Below, piece after piece: positions 1 to 8,854 of a stretch of DNA of 21,397 nt. The notes under the pieces are model-generated. The model saw nothing but the letters and a program-made list of their open reading frames with translations. It made no database searches and was not told the origin of the DNA. Within the stretch, counting starts at the first letter, position 1. Every line of letters starts with the position of its first letter. The DNA comes from Candidatus Iainarchaeum sp. (lineage in GTDB: Archaea; Iainarchaeota; Iainarchaeia; Iainarchaeales; CSSED10-239). A program made the translations under genes and the position numbers. The stretch spans positions 1-21,397 of the forward strand of contig PWLL01000055.1 in NCBI GenBank assembly GCA_003559395.1. The letters are read 5' to 3'.

Positions 1-211
1 TCAGGCATCCGTAGATCTGAGATTGTGTAATTAGCATGTATAGGACTCAACAAAAGTATTAATCCTAAAAATAAAAATAAAAATTTATAGTTTATATTTA
101 TCACCTTTCTAAAGTTTCTTTAACAAATATATATACCATTTATAGTATATAATATTTTTCTTTTATATATATATATAGAAACATAAGAATTTATAAGGAT
201 AATTTTTTAAG

Positions 212-227
212 AAAAAATAAGAAAAAA
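212..227 (-). terminator. Oligo-T tracts downstream of rpl11 (archaeal-type terminator candidate)
   Basis: On the minus strand, just after the rpl11 TAA (232-234), the sequence reads GCC TTTTTT C TT A TTTTTT. Two T6 runs fit archaeal intrinsic termination signals. Confidence 0.4.
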
Positions 228-231
228 GGCG

Positions 232-702
232 TTATTTTATTTTTTCATCAAAAACGCCTGATTTTACCTCTTTAACAACTGAAGAAACAGGCTTGTTTTC
301 TACTCTAACACCCATAGATCTACAACTGCCCAAGATTTCTAAAATTGTAGACTTAAGATCTCTTGAAACAACTTGGTTGTGTTTAGATTTTGCAATCCTA
401 ATTATTTGATCAAAAGAAAGGTTTCCTGTAACTTCTGTTTTTACAGCACCTACTGCTTTTTTTACACCAAGTTCTTTTTTTATAAGCGCACTTGTTAATG
501 GGGCACCAACTTCAACAGTGAATGATTTATTTTTATCTATATGAACCATTACTGGAATTTGCATTCCTTCAAGATCTTTTGTTTTTTCATTAATTTCATT
601 AACAATACCCATTGTGTCTACACCCAATGGCCCAAGGGCTGGGCCTAGTGGTGGACCAGCGTTTGCTTTTCCTGCATCTATTAAAGCTTTTATTGTTTGC
701 AT
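232..702 (-). CDS. rpl11: 50S ribosomal protein uL11 (L11)
   Basis: 156-aa ORF with ATG start and TAA stop. The N-terminal GPPLGPALGPLGV motif and overall sequence are typical of uL11. It lies directly downstream of spt5, as in the conserved archaeal cluster. Confidence 0.95.
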   Translation of the reverse strand: MQTIKALIDAGKANAGPPLGPALGPLGVDTMGIVNEINEKTKDLEGMQIPVMVHIDKNKSFTVEVGAPLTSALIKKELGVKKAVGAVKTEVTGNLSFDQIIRIAKSKHNQVVSRDLKSTILEILGSCRSMGVRVENKPVSSVVKEVKSGVFDEKIK

Positions 703-715
703 ATCATATCACATT

Positions 716-1153
716 TTAATTTAATATTTTTATATTTTCTGCTTTTATTGTAATTGGTATCTTTACTGTTGCATCATAAAGTTCAATAACAACTTCTTCT
801 TTTGCAACATTTACTCTCATAACTTTTGCTCTAGAACCTTTAAAAGGGCCCATAATAATCTCAACAGTTTGTCCTTGTTTTATAGAACTCATTAAAGGCC
901 TAGACTCTAACACTCCTGCAATCTCTTTAATATTTATGTTTCCAGGAACTACTTTTCCACCTTTTATTTGAGAAACATTATGTATTAGTATTTCTGCAGA
1001 TTTTACAGAGTCAGCTTCTATGAGAATATATCCTTTAAGATCAGCCATCTCTACAAGAGAATATATTTCAATATCTTCTTTTTTTGCTTTATTATAAAGC
1101 ATATCAATTACAACTTTTTCTTGACCAACAGTTGTTCTGATTGTAAATATCAT
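716..1153 (-). CDS. spt5: Transcription elongation factor Spt5 (NusG homologue)
   Basis: The ORF-track entry 716..1249 is over-extended. An in-frame ATG at 1151-1153 overlaps the secE TGA (ATGA) and gives 145 aa. The product has an NGN-like N-terminus (MIFTIRTTVGQEKVV) and a KOW motif (GQTVEIIMGPFKGSRAKV). The position between secE and rpl11 is conserved in archaea. Confidence 0.9.
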   Translation of the reverse strand: MIFTIRTTVGQEKVVIDMLYNKAKKEDIEIYSLVEMADLKGYILIEADSVKSAEILIHNVSQIKGGKVVPGNINIKEIAGVLESRPLMSSIKQGQTVEIIMGPFKGSRAKVMRVNVAKEEVVIELYDATVKIPITIKAENIKILN

Positions 1154-1326
1154 AAAGAACCACTTATTACATTCATTAATAATCTTATTAAATATCCTAT
1201 AACACCAATAATTACCATCCCTAATCCAACAATCTTTGCCATTGTCCAATATTCTTTAGAAGATGGTTTTTTAGATATTAAAAATATCCTTTTTGATGAT
1301 CTTATAAATTCTGATATCTTACTCAT
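1150..1326 (-). CDS. secE: Preprotein translocase subunit SecE / Sec61-gamma
   Basis: Absent from the ORF track; found by manual translation of the minus strand. The 58-aa product is MSKISEFIRSSKRIFLISKKPSSKEYWTMAKIVGLGMVIIGVIGYLIRLLMNVISGSL. It has a basic N-terminus and one C-terminal TM helix, and the TGA stop overlaps the spt5 ATG. It sits in the canonical slot between ftsZ and spt5. Confidence 0.8.
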   Translation of the reverse strand: MSKISEFIRSSKRIFLISKKPSSKEYWTMAKIVGLGMVIIGVIGYLIRLLMNVISGSL

Positions 1327-1339
1327 ATTTAATCACAAA

Positions 1340-2416
1340 TTATACGCTATCTATATCTAAATCAAGCTCTCCTTTTTTTGCAAGAGTTTCAATATCTTCA
1401 AGATAAGGTATTTCAGCACCAGCAACAACAGTCATAACTTTTATTACGTTTCTTTGTAAATCGTCATCAATCATTGCACCACAAATAATATGTGCTTCAG
1501 AGTTTATTTTAGAAGCAACTGTTTCAAAAACCGTTTCTGCTTCTTTTAAAGTCATATCTTTTCCACCAATAACGTTTACTAAAGCTTTTGTTGACTTTGA
1601 AATGTCCATATCTAACAAAGGAGAAGTAAGTGCATTTTCTACAGCTCTTAAAGCTCTTGAGTCAGAACTTTTTTCAGTACTAGATTCTCCAACACCAATC
1701 ATTGCAAGCCCACCTTTTTCTAAAATGGTTCTTAGGTCTGCAAAATCAAGATTTATTATTCCAGAGTTTGTAACAAGATCAATAATTCCTTTTACAGCAT
1801 CTGTTAGTATTTTATCAACTTCTTGAAATGCAACTTGTAAAGGAAGATCAGGTGCAATTTCTAAAATCTTATCATTTGGTATAATTATTAAAGTATCTAC
1901 TTCTTTTTTAAGTTTGTTTAATCCAATTAATGCGTTTTCTATTCTTTTTTTTCCTTCAACAGCAAAAGGCAAAGTAACAACACCAATACACAAAGCTTCA
2001 GCTTCTTTTGCTTGTTTTGCAATTTCTGGAGCAGCACCAGTTCCTGTACCTCCTCCTAAACCACAAGTCACAAATATCATATCAGTTTCTTTAAATATTT
2101 TTTCTACATCTTGTTTAGATTCTTGTGCAGCAGATTTTCCAACATCTGGATTACTTCCAGCACCAAGTCCTTTTGTTGTTTTTCTTCCTAATAATATTTT
2201 TTTATCAGCTTTTATTCTTAATAGAGCTTGTGCGTCTGTGTTCATGGCAATTTTATCGCCACCATCAATTCCTACTTGAATCATTCTGTCTATACTGTTG
2301 CCACCGCTACCACCAACACCAACCACTGTGATTGTTGGCAAAGACGCAGATAAAAACTCTTCTAAATCTTTATCATCAGTGTTTTTTGATTGTATTTCTT
2401 TTGTCAAACCATTCAC
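1340..2416 (-). CDS. ftsZ: Cell division GTPase FtsZ
   Basis: 358 aa carrying the tubulin signature GGGTGTGAAP, the N-terminal VVGVGGSGGN motif and a T7-loop-like NLDFADL. The start called here is GTG (2414-2416) embedded in GAGGTG. A TTG at 2405-2407 is an alternative, so the start is uncertain by about 9 nt. Confidence 0.95.
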   Translation of the reverse strand: MNGLTKEIQSKNTDDKDLEEFLSASLPTITVVGVGGSGGNSIDRMIQVGIDGGDKIAMNTDAQALLRIKADKKILLGRKTTKGLGAGSNPDVGKSAAQESKQDVEKIFKETDMIFVTCGLGGGTGTGAAPEIAKQAKEAEALCIGVVTLPFAVEGKKRIENALIGLNKLKKEVDTLIIIPNDKILEIAPDLPLQVAFQEVDKILTDAVKGIIDLVTNSGIINLDFADLRTILEKGGLAMIGVGESSTEKSSDSRALRAVENALTSPLLDMDISKSTKALVNVIGGKDMTLKEAETVFETVASKINSEAHIICGAMIDDDLQRNVIKVMTVVAGAEIPYLEDIETLAKKGELDLDIDSV

Positions 2417-2616
2417 CTCATGAAATGTCCTATATTATTATTTATTTCTCTTATTAAAATATTATAAAAATAGATATCTTATAAATAATATAAGAAAAGA
2501 AACCTTTAAATATAAATGTATTTTAAAGAAAAAGTCAACCTTTTTAAAAAAACAACAATTTATAAATTATTTGTTCTTTTCTATTATATAGATAACAAAC
2601 GATAATTTGAGAATAT

Positions 2617-3525
2617 ATGGTTTCAACAAAAATAAAAAAACTTGCAAAAGATATAAAAGAAATAAAAATACAAGGAGCAAGTAATATAGAAAAAGAAGCA
2701 ATAAAAGCAATTATTGAATATATTAAAGAAAACAAACAAGAAGGAGATTTGTTTGTTAAAGAACTTAATGAAAATATACAACATGTTATTGTCCAAAGAC
2801 CAAACGAACCAAAACTTAGAAACTCTATGGCATATATATTAAATAAAGCACAAGAAATAAAAAACATAGAAACCAGAAAAGAACTTCTAAAGATTATAGA
2901 AAAATACTATGAAAAAACAAAAGAAGGCAACATAATTGCTTCAGAAAACGCAGCAAACATGATTATGGAAGGAGATGTAATATTAACACACTGTCATTCT
3001 TCACTTGTAGAAGAAGCACTTAAAAAAGCACATGATAAAAATATCTCTTTTAAAGTTTTTTGTACAGAAACAAGACCTTTATATCAAGGAAGAATAACTG
3101 CAAAAAAACTTTGTGAACATGGACTTGATGTAACTATGGTTGTTGATTCTAATGTTTGTGAGATTCTTAAAAAAGCAGATTATTTTTTTACTGGCGCAGA
3201 TGTTGTTCTTGCTGATGGATCAGTAATAAACAAAGTTGGCACACATGCACTAAGCATTGCTGCAAACCACTTTAAAGTATCTCATACAATCATAACAACC
3301 ACACACATCTGCGAACCACAACTACTTAACAACCTTAAAAGAAACATAGAAAAGAGACCAGCAGAAGAAATTTGGAAAGAAAAACCAAAAAATTTGAAGA
3401 TAGACAACCCTGCGTTTGATATCATCCCTAACAATCTTATTGACAAATATATCACAGAAGAAGGAGTTTTTTCTCCAGAAACACTTTATTTTTGGATAAA
3501 CAAAATAAACACAAAAACTATTTAA
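2617..3525 (+). CDS. eIF-2B alpha/beta/delta-family protein, probably ribose-1,5-bisphosphate isomerase
   Basis: 302 aa with family hallmarks: THCHS (candidate catalytic Cys), FTGADVVLADGSVINKVGT (candidate catalytic Asp) and TETRPLYQG. An AMP phosphorylase gene at 13945..15456 supports the salvage-pathway reading. Confidence 0.8.
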   Translation: MVSTKIKKLAKDIKEIKIQGASNIEKEAIKAIIEYIKENKQEGDLFVKELNENIQHVIVQRPNEPKLRNSMAYILNKAQEIKNIETRKELLKIIEKYYEKTKEGNIIASENAANMIMEGDVILTHCHSSLVEEALKKAHDKNISFKVFCTETRPLYQGRITAKKLCEHGLDVTMVVDSNVCEILKKADYFFTGADVVLADGSVINKVGTHALSIAANHFKVSHTIITTTHICEPQLLNNLKRNIEKRPAEEIWKEKPKNLKIDNPAFDIIPNNLIDKYITEEGVFSPETLYFWINKINTKTI

Positions 3526-5917
3526 AAAAATCTTTTAGGTTTTTTTGTTTTGTATTTGAAATAAGTTCTTCTTTAGAGATATCAAAAACATTAAGTATAG
3601 AAAAAACAGCAGGAATTAGTTGTTTTTCTAAATAATAAGAAACATCGTAACTTTTTTCTTTTACAAGATCTATTATTTTTGCTTTTTCTGAAATAGTTTT
3701 TCCGTCTTCAGTAATAACATACTCAATCACATCTGATCTAGAAAAAGTATACCCACTCTCTTTAGCAGAAATTACTGCAGATTGTGCAGGGTTTTTTGTT
3801 TTATACGCGGATAAATTCTTATGAACAAAAGACTGAATAACAAGATCCTTTACAGGCACCTTTTTTTCTTGAAGTTCAACAATCTTTTTTTTTACATGCA
3901 CGATTGCTTCTTTTGAATCTTTTTTTTCTAAAACTAAAAAAAGAACTTTTTTTTGTATATCTTTAACAAACCTACACCAATCTCTTCTAACAAACTCAAA
4001 ACCCCTTATCTTTAGTTCATTATTAAAATCTAAAAGAGCGTATTTTTTTTTTGCAGTTTTAGTTGCATCTCTTGCTTTTACAAAAAGTCCAGTTTTAAAC
4101 AAATCTTCAAGCTCAAGAAACATGTTTTTTGGAAGATTATCGTTTATTTTTGAAATCTCTTCTTTAAGTGTTTTTATATCCTTAAACTGAACAAAGCAAG
4201 AATCAGTATCTCCATATAAAACATGAAAACCTTTATCTTCAAAAGTTTTAATAATTTCTTGTATCTTTGTTCTTACAAGAAAATACATAGAATCTAGACA
4301 TTCAGAACAATACCATCTTGCACCAGCAAAACCCATATAGCCATAGGTTGAAGCAATTAAGATTTTTAACGCAAATTGTTGTCTATATATGGCTCTATAT
4401 TCTTGTGATTTTTTATCATAATTAAGCATTTTTCTTTTAAGATTAACTCTATATTCAATAAGATTTTCTAAAAGAGCAGGCACAAACCCTTGTTCTTTCT
4501 GAGATATTTTTACATTATTTACTTCTTTAAAATTTTCTTTGGCATTTACTGTTTCCGGACTAATGTTGTAGGCAATCAACAAAGAAACATGATAGGTTCT
4601 AAAATCAACCACAGCAATATTTTCATAAAGACCAGCTTCTGGTTGATAAACAAAAGCACCAGTAAAGGTGTGTTTTTTTCTTTCAGAGATTTGATATTTG
4701 TTTGGTTTGTTTGGGATTAGTTTTTTATGAGTAATGTATTCACCCATAAACAATTTTTCAACAATTGCAGATGCAGAAAAAAACAAAACGTCATCTACTG
4801 GACAATCAATAAAAGAACAAACTCCAAAAATAAAATCAATATACGTTTCTGCAAGATCTAAAGTTGCAGAAACATCATCTAGGTTATATCTTACAATATC
4901 TATATATTGTTTATTAAGATACTTATCTCTCATCTCTTTTGGACCTAAAGAAATTTTTTGATTATTTGTAATTGCTTGATAAACACTATTAAGATCAAGT
5001 TTTGCAAGATTTATTGCTTGAAAATATCTTAACAACTTTAAAAGCTGATAAACATCAATATGCACAATTTCTTTTAAAGAAACTCTTTTTCTTGGATATT
5101 TTAGATGTGTAAGAGAATGGTTTTTTATCTTAAGTTCTTCATCAAAATGTTTTTTATATGCTTCTGCTATATAAGTAAGATCAAAAACACCATTATAACT
5201 ATATAAAATATCAGGATCTTTTTTTTCAAGAAAATTAATAAAACCCAACAACATTTCTTTTTCAGAATAAAAAACAAACATAGACGCGTTTAGTTTTTCC
5301 TCTAGTTCTTTTTTAACATCTTTTACATCTTCTTTAACATACACAAAACAAGATTTGTTTTTTTCAGAATCCATATATGAGATAGAAATTATGGGTTGTT
5401 TTTTTGGATCTGGAAAATTTAACTCTTCATCAACCAAAACCTCAATATCAAAACAACCAACCTCTAAAGAAACAAGATTTGGTTTTCTGTTTTCTGAAAA
5501 AATATCAACAACGTAGCCATCTTTAATAACAACTGAAACATCTACAAAATTAGTTGATTTTTTATCTAATAAAAATCTTTGAACAAAAGGAATATCGTAC
5601 TCATAAACACTTACATCTTTGTTTATGATTCTTTTTTCATCTAAAATGTCTTTTGCAGAAACTAAAGAAGAAACTTTATCAAAAACAACTTTGTAAACCT
5701 GTTTTTGTTTGTGTTTTTTTTCTAGAAAAACAGCTTTTGCAGAAAGTGCTTTTTTTATATGTTCTGTTTCTTCTGTATCTAGTTGGTTATTAAAAACTAA
5801 ATAAAAATAAGGGGAAAAAGAAACAGGAAAAACCTCTTTTTTTTTATGTTTAAGAGTAATAAAAAGAATATCATCTTCATAAAAACAATCAATCAGTTTT
5901 CCTTTTATCTTAGTCAT
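3518..5917 (-). CDS. polB: Family B DNA polymerase (PolB)
   Basis: 799 aa. Exo I FDIEV, Exo II YNGVFDLTY, Exo III YNLDD, motif C YGDTDS and the KKKYA (KxY) motif are all present. Motifs A (DFRTYHVS) and B (KILIASTYG) deviate from consensus; see findings. Confidence 0.95.
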   Translation of the reverse strand: MTKIKGKLIDCFYEDDILFITLKHKKKEVFPVSFSPYFYLVFNNQLDTEETEHIKKALSAKAVFLEKKHKQKQVYKVVFDKVSSLVSAKDILDEKRIINKDVSVYEYDIPFVQRFLLDKKSTNFVDVSVVIKDGYVVDIFSENRKPNLVSLEVGCFDIEVLVDEELNFPDPKKQPIISISYMDSEKNKSCFVYVKEDVKDVKKELEEKLNASMFVFYSEKEMLLGFINFLEKKDPDILYSYNGVFDLTYIAEAYKKHFDEELKIKNHSLTHLKYPRKRVSLKEIVHIDVYQLLKLLRYFQAINLAKLDLNSVYQAITNNQKISLGPKEMRDKYLNKQYIDIVRYNLDDVSATLDLAETYIDFIFGVCSFIDCPVDDVLFFSASAIVEKLFMGEYITHKKLIPNKPNKYQISERKKHTFTGAFVYQPEAGLYENIAVVDFRTYHVSLLIAYNISPETVNAKENFKEVNNVKISQKEQGFVPALLENLIEYRVNLKRKMLNYDKKSQEYRAIYRQQFALKILIASTYGYMGFAGARWYCSECLDSMYFLVRTKIQEIIKTFEDKGFHVLYGDTDSCFVQFKDIKTLKEEISKINDNLPKNMFLELEDLFKTGLFVKARDATKTAKKKYALLDFNNELKIRGFEFVRRDWCRFVKDIQKKVLFLVLEKKDSKEAIVHVKKKIVELQEKKVPVKDLVIQSFVHKNLSAYKTKNPAQSAVISAKESGYTFSRSDVIEYVITEDGKTISEKAKIIDLVKEKSYDVSYYLEKQLIPAVFSILNVFDISKEELISNTKQKNLKDFFK
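3524..3547 (-). other. C-terminal PCNA-interacting peptide (PIP box) of PolB
   Basis: Residues 791-798 read QKNLKDFF, which fits Qxx[ILM]xx[FY][FYW]. They sit one residue from the C-terminus, the usual location in archaeal PolB. Confidence 0.7.
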
Positions 5918-5961
5918 AATCTACACAAATAAAAAAAAGAATTGAAAACAATTCTTTTTAA

Positions 5962-6594
5962 CTAAACTAAAAAAATCATATCTAACAAAGAAGCAACAAC
6001 AATCAATAACAAAAGATAAAGTATTGTTGTTATTGGTGTTTTTGTATTAAATATCTTTTTAACAAAATGGTATAACAAAATAACCATATATACAAAAAAG
6101 AAAATAGAAATTAAAACTAAAAAGATAACACCAATTACGTTTGGAGTCGTTAGATCTGGAATCGCAGTAGCACTTGATAGTAGTTCTGGATTTTGAGCCA
6201 CGTTTTGAGCAACACTTATATAGTTGCCTAAGAAAACAAAACCAATTACTCCAAAAACAACATAAAATACAATCAAAGGAACTCTTAAAGCAGCTAAGCC
6301 AGACAAAATCTTTTCTAGTGCTTTTTTAGACATCTTTTTTTTAGTTTTTATTAAATATACTAAAAGATAAATTACTACACCTAACACAAACCAACTAACA
6401 ACAACTCTAGAATATATTAGATATAAAGAAAAGAAACCAGCCTCAGGAATTCTTAAAACTCCAATTAAAAAGAATAGTTCTAATATTAATGCAATTAAAA
6501 TTATTAAAAAAGCAGATTTATAATTTACTTTGTCATAAAAATAATCAATGAGTGCTTTTGGCCCTCTTATTTTTTTTGCTTTGTAAGTTAACAA
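5962..6594 (-). CDS. Hypothetical multi-pass integral membrane protein
   Basis: 210-aa ORF with about five long hydrophobic segments and a TAG stop. The only available start is TTG (6592-6594). I do not recognise a family motif. Confidence 0.55.
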   Translation of the reverse strand: MLTYKAKKIRGPKALIDYFYDKVNYKSAFLIILIALILELFFLIGVLRIPEAGFFSLYLIYSRVVVSWFVLGVVIYLLVYLIKTKKKMSKKALEKILSGLAALRVPLIVFYVVFGVIGFVFLGNYISVAQNVAQNPELLSSATAIPDLTTPNVIGVIFLVLISIFFFVYMVILLYHFVKKIFNTKTPITTILYLLLLIVVASLLDMIFLV

Positions 6595-6736
6595 GTTTCT
6601 TCACCTTCTTTTATTTTTTTCTATATATATATTTGATTAATAATGTATTTAATTGTATTGGTTTTATAAAAAACACTCAAAAATATAAAATAACAAAAAT
6701 ATAAAATGATTTTGAAACAAAACATATATTATAACT

Positions 6737-7819
6737 ATGAACAAAAAACAATTTTATACAAATCCAAAAAACTTTGTATTTGAGAAAAACTACCCAAACC
6801 TGTCTTTAGGCCCACTAGGAAACTTCAAAAAAGAACTTACGAAAGATTCAAATCCTAGAAAATGGATAAACAAAGACTTTAATATTGTTAAAAAAGAAAA
6901 AAAAAGCCAAGTTGTTATCTATGATCACTATAACAAAAACTTAGCTAGAAAACCAAACAAACAACTAGAAAATATGCAATTGCTATCACAAGGAATAAAA
7001 TCAACAGAACTAGAAGCAAACTTTGAAACAAAAATAACCAGAGTGGTGGATGATTTTTCAGGAATTAATAACTATGGGTATCTATCAAAAGATATAAAGA
7101 TAATAGACAATATAAAAATACCTAAAATAATAGACAAAGTAGTAAACGATACAGACCTAAAAGCAACAACAGGTGTTTTAGAGATCTATAACAAAAGAAA
7201 AGACGTTTATAAGATACAAGATATATTCTCTGTCGGGCTTTTAGGCATGAAAAAAAATAGTGTTTTAGTGCCAACAAAATGGGCCATCACCTCTGTTGAC
7301 GAAATTGTTAGTAAAAATAAGATTCTTGAAAAGATTATGTTCTTTCCAATAATTGACGACTTTAGAATTTTTTTTTATCAAGCCTACAAAAATAAGTTTG
7401 TAGTTTTGTTGCTTCCAGAAAACTGGGGTTTTGAAAATATTGAAATTACAACTGATCTAGAGATTATGAAAGACTACGAAATAAATTATCCTAGAAAAAA
7501 ATATGCTTTTTCTGTCACGGGTGGATATTATGCAACCAGACTATCTGTTTGTGAATATCTTGAAACAATAAAAAAACAAGCAAGAGTAATTGTATTTCGA
7601 GAAATTGAAAAAGGATATAAATCTGAAGGAGTTTGGCTTGTTAGAGAAGCTGTAAAAAAAGCCCTGTCTAACGATGTAAAAACTTTTGAAGACTTATCTT
7701 CTGCGATTAAAGAAATTTCAAAACATTTTCTTGTAGATGTAAATGTTTATAAGAAAGAATCAAAGATACTTGAAGACTTTAAAAAACAAAAAAAGATTTC
7801 AGATTTTTGGAAAACCTAA
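6737..7819 (+). CDS. Nre-like (DUF650/DUF651, COG1602) putative DNA-repair protein
   Basis: 360 aa. The N-terminal PKNFVFEKNYPNLSLGPL resembles the conserved P.vFVGr.gYP.v.vGPl block of Nre_N as I recall it. VPTKWAITSVDE resembles the family T(R/K)WSITAVD block. A C-terminal PIP box is present. The call rests on memory of family motifs, not on a search. Confidence 0.55.
   Translation: MNKKQFYTNPKNFVFEKNYPNLSLGPLGNFKKELTKDSNPRKWINKDFNIVKKEKKSQVVIYDHYNKNLARKPNKQLENMQLLSQGIKSTELEANFETKITRVVDDFSGINNYGYLSKDIKIIDNIKIPKIIDKVVNDTDLKATTGVLEIYNKRKDVYKIQDIFSVGLLGMKKNSVLVPTKWAITSVDEIVSKNKILEKIMFFPIIDDFRIFFYQAYKNKFVVLLLPENWGFENIEITTDLEIMKDYEINYPRKKYAFSVTGGYYATRLSVCEYLETIKKQARVIVFREIEKGYKSEGVWLVREAVKKALSNDVKTFEDLSSAIKEISKHFLVDVNVYKKESKILEDFKKQKKISDFWKT
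7787..7810 (+). other. C-terminal PIP box of the Nre-like protein
   Basis: Residues 351-358 read QKKISDFW, a canonical Qxx[ILM]xx[FY][FYW] match, two residues from the C-terminus. Confidence 0.65.
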
Positions 7820-8847
7820 ACAAAAAGAATAAGACCTAAAACACAAAACAACAACTGTAAAAGTAAAATAGAGATTGTAATTTGTTTTTCTGTAAACTTT
7901 TTATCAATTATTTTTTTTGGATAGTGCATAAAAACGTGCGTCCAAGAAAAGATGCGTTTGTATGGTTTTTTAATAGTGTTGTTCTTTTGAAGATCTCCAA
8001 AACTTCTAACGCGCATCTTTCCTTTTAACTTTAAGATAAGCTCAATAAATAAAGGAATGTAAATAAAACCAGCAATAAACTCAGCACGCCCAACCAATAA
8101 CAAACTAGCAAAAGTAACACCAGAAAAATAAGTTAAAGAGTCCCCTGGCAAAACCTTTGCAGGACACCAATTAAAACATAAAAAAGCAAGAGCTGAAGCA
8201 CTTGCAACAAAAGCAAAGATGGCTAAAGAAAGATTGTTGTTTAAAAAGAAAAAAACACCCAACGTTAAAGTTAATAAAAACATTATCCCGCCTTCTAGAC
8301 CATTCGTGCCTGCAAGAAGGTTTGGAGAATTTGTAACAACCACAAAAATTAAAGGAGCTAACAAAAATGGATAAAACAACCCTAGATGAACATAACCAAA
8401 AACTGGAAATTCAAGAAAAGTATGATTAAGAACAATAAACATTATTGGAACATATGCAAACAAAGTTAAAACAGGTTTGACAAACTGTGACAATCCAACT
8501 TTGTGCTGCTTGTTTCCATAAATGCTTTTTTTAAGAGTGAGATTTATTCTAGTATCATCTATTATTCCAACTAACGTTCCTAAAAAAATAGAAGACAAAA
8601 TCAAAGTATATTGAAAAGCATGTTGATTAAAAACAAACATAGAAACAAAAATAAAAACAATAATCGTTATAAAAAAACCTAAAAAAGTAGGAATCCCTCC
8701 TGCGTTTGATACTTTTGGTTTTCCTTTCTTTTGTTGGTCTATACAAAAAAGATTATTTTTAAAAAGTAAAGGAATAAATGCTTTTACAAGAATAAACGTA
8801 AGAAAAAAAGAAAATAAAACTAAAGTTAATAATAAAAGATTGTACAT
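7816..8847 (-). CDS. Glycosyltransferase family 4 polyprenyl-phosphate HexNAc-1-phosphate transferase (AglH/Alg7/WecA-MraY-like)
   Basis: 343-aa polytopic membrane protein. Family motifs seen: GIIDDT, NLLAGTNGLEGG and PGDSLTYFSG. It lies immediately downstream of aglB on the same strand. Confidence 0.8.
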   Translation of the reverse strand: MYNLLLLTLVLFSFFLTFILVKAFIPLLFKNNLFCIDQQKKGKPKVSNAGGIPTFLGFFITIIVFIFVSMFVFNQHAFQYTLILSSIFLGTLVGIIDDTRINLTLKKSIYGNKQHKVGLSQFVKPVLTLFAYVPIMFIVLNHTFLEFPVFGYVHLGLFYPFLLAPLIFVVVTNSPNLLAGTNGLEGGIMFLLTLTLGVFFFLNNNLSLAIFAFVASASALAFLCFNWCPAKVLPGDSLTYFSGVTFASLLLVGRAEFIAGFIYIPLFIELILKLKGKMRVRSFGDLQKNNTIKKPYKRIFSWTHVFMHYPKKIIDKKFTEKQITISILLLQLLFCVLGLILFV

Positions 8848-8854
8848 GTTTATC

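Noticed and set aside
1-60. Possible partial gene or RNA at the left edge (GC-richer ~40 nt)
   Set aside because: It is too short to assign. Both a minus-strand start (MLITQSQIYGCL...) and a plus-strand C-terminus (...SGIRRSEIV*) are open, and neither shows a recognisable motif.
1154-1249. N-terminal 32 codons of ORF-track entry 716..1249 (MDNGKDCWIRDGNYW...)
   Set aside because: This stretch overlaps the secE coding region in another frame and has no Spt5 homology. The internal ATG at 1151-1153, coupled to the secE stop, gives a normal-length Spt5.
1294-1314. C/D-box-like TGATGA ... CTGA pair on the plus strand
   Set aside because: It lies antisense within the secE coding sequence, and only about 12 nt separate the boxes. 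No second C'/D' pair or terminal stem is present, so it is probably a chance occurrence in AT-rich DNA.
1914-2279. Antisense or shadow ORFs inside well-supported genes. Examples: 1121..1360, 1602..1826, 1914..2279, 2125..2331, 2544..2867, 4490..4720, 4734..4961, 10347..10571, 12813..13100, 13649..13873, 14669..15061, 15475..15717, 15593..15820, 16013..16219, 18370..18684, 19381..19581, 19918..20286.
   Set aside because: Each lies wholly within, or opposite to, a gene with strong motif support. Their products are low-complexity with no recognisable motifs. Long spurious antisense frames are expected opposite real genes.
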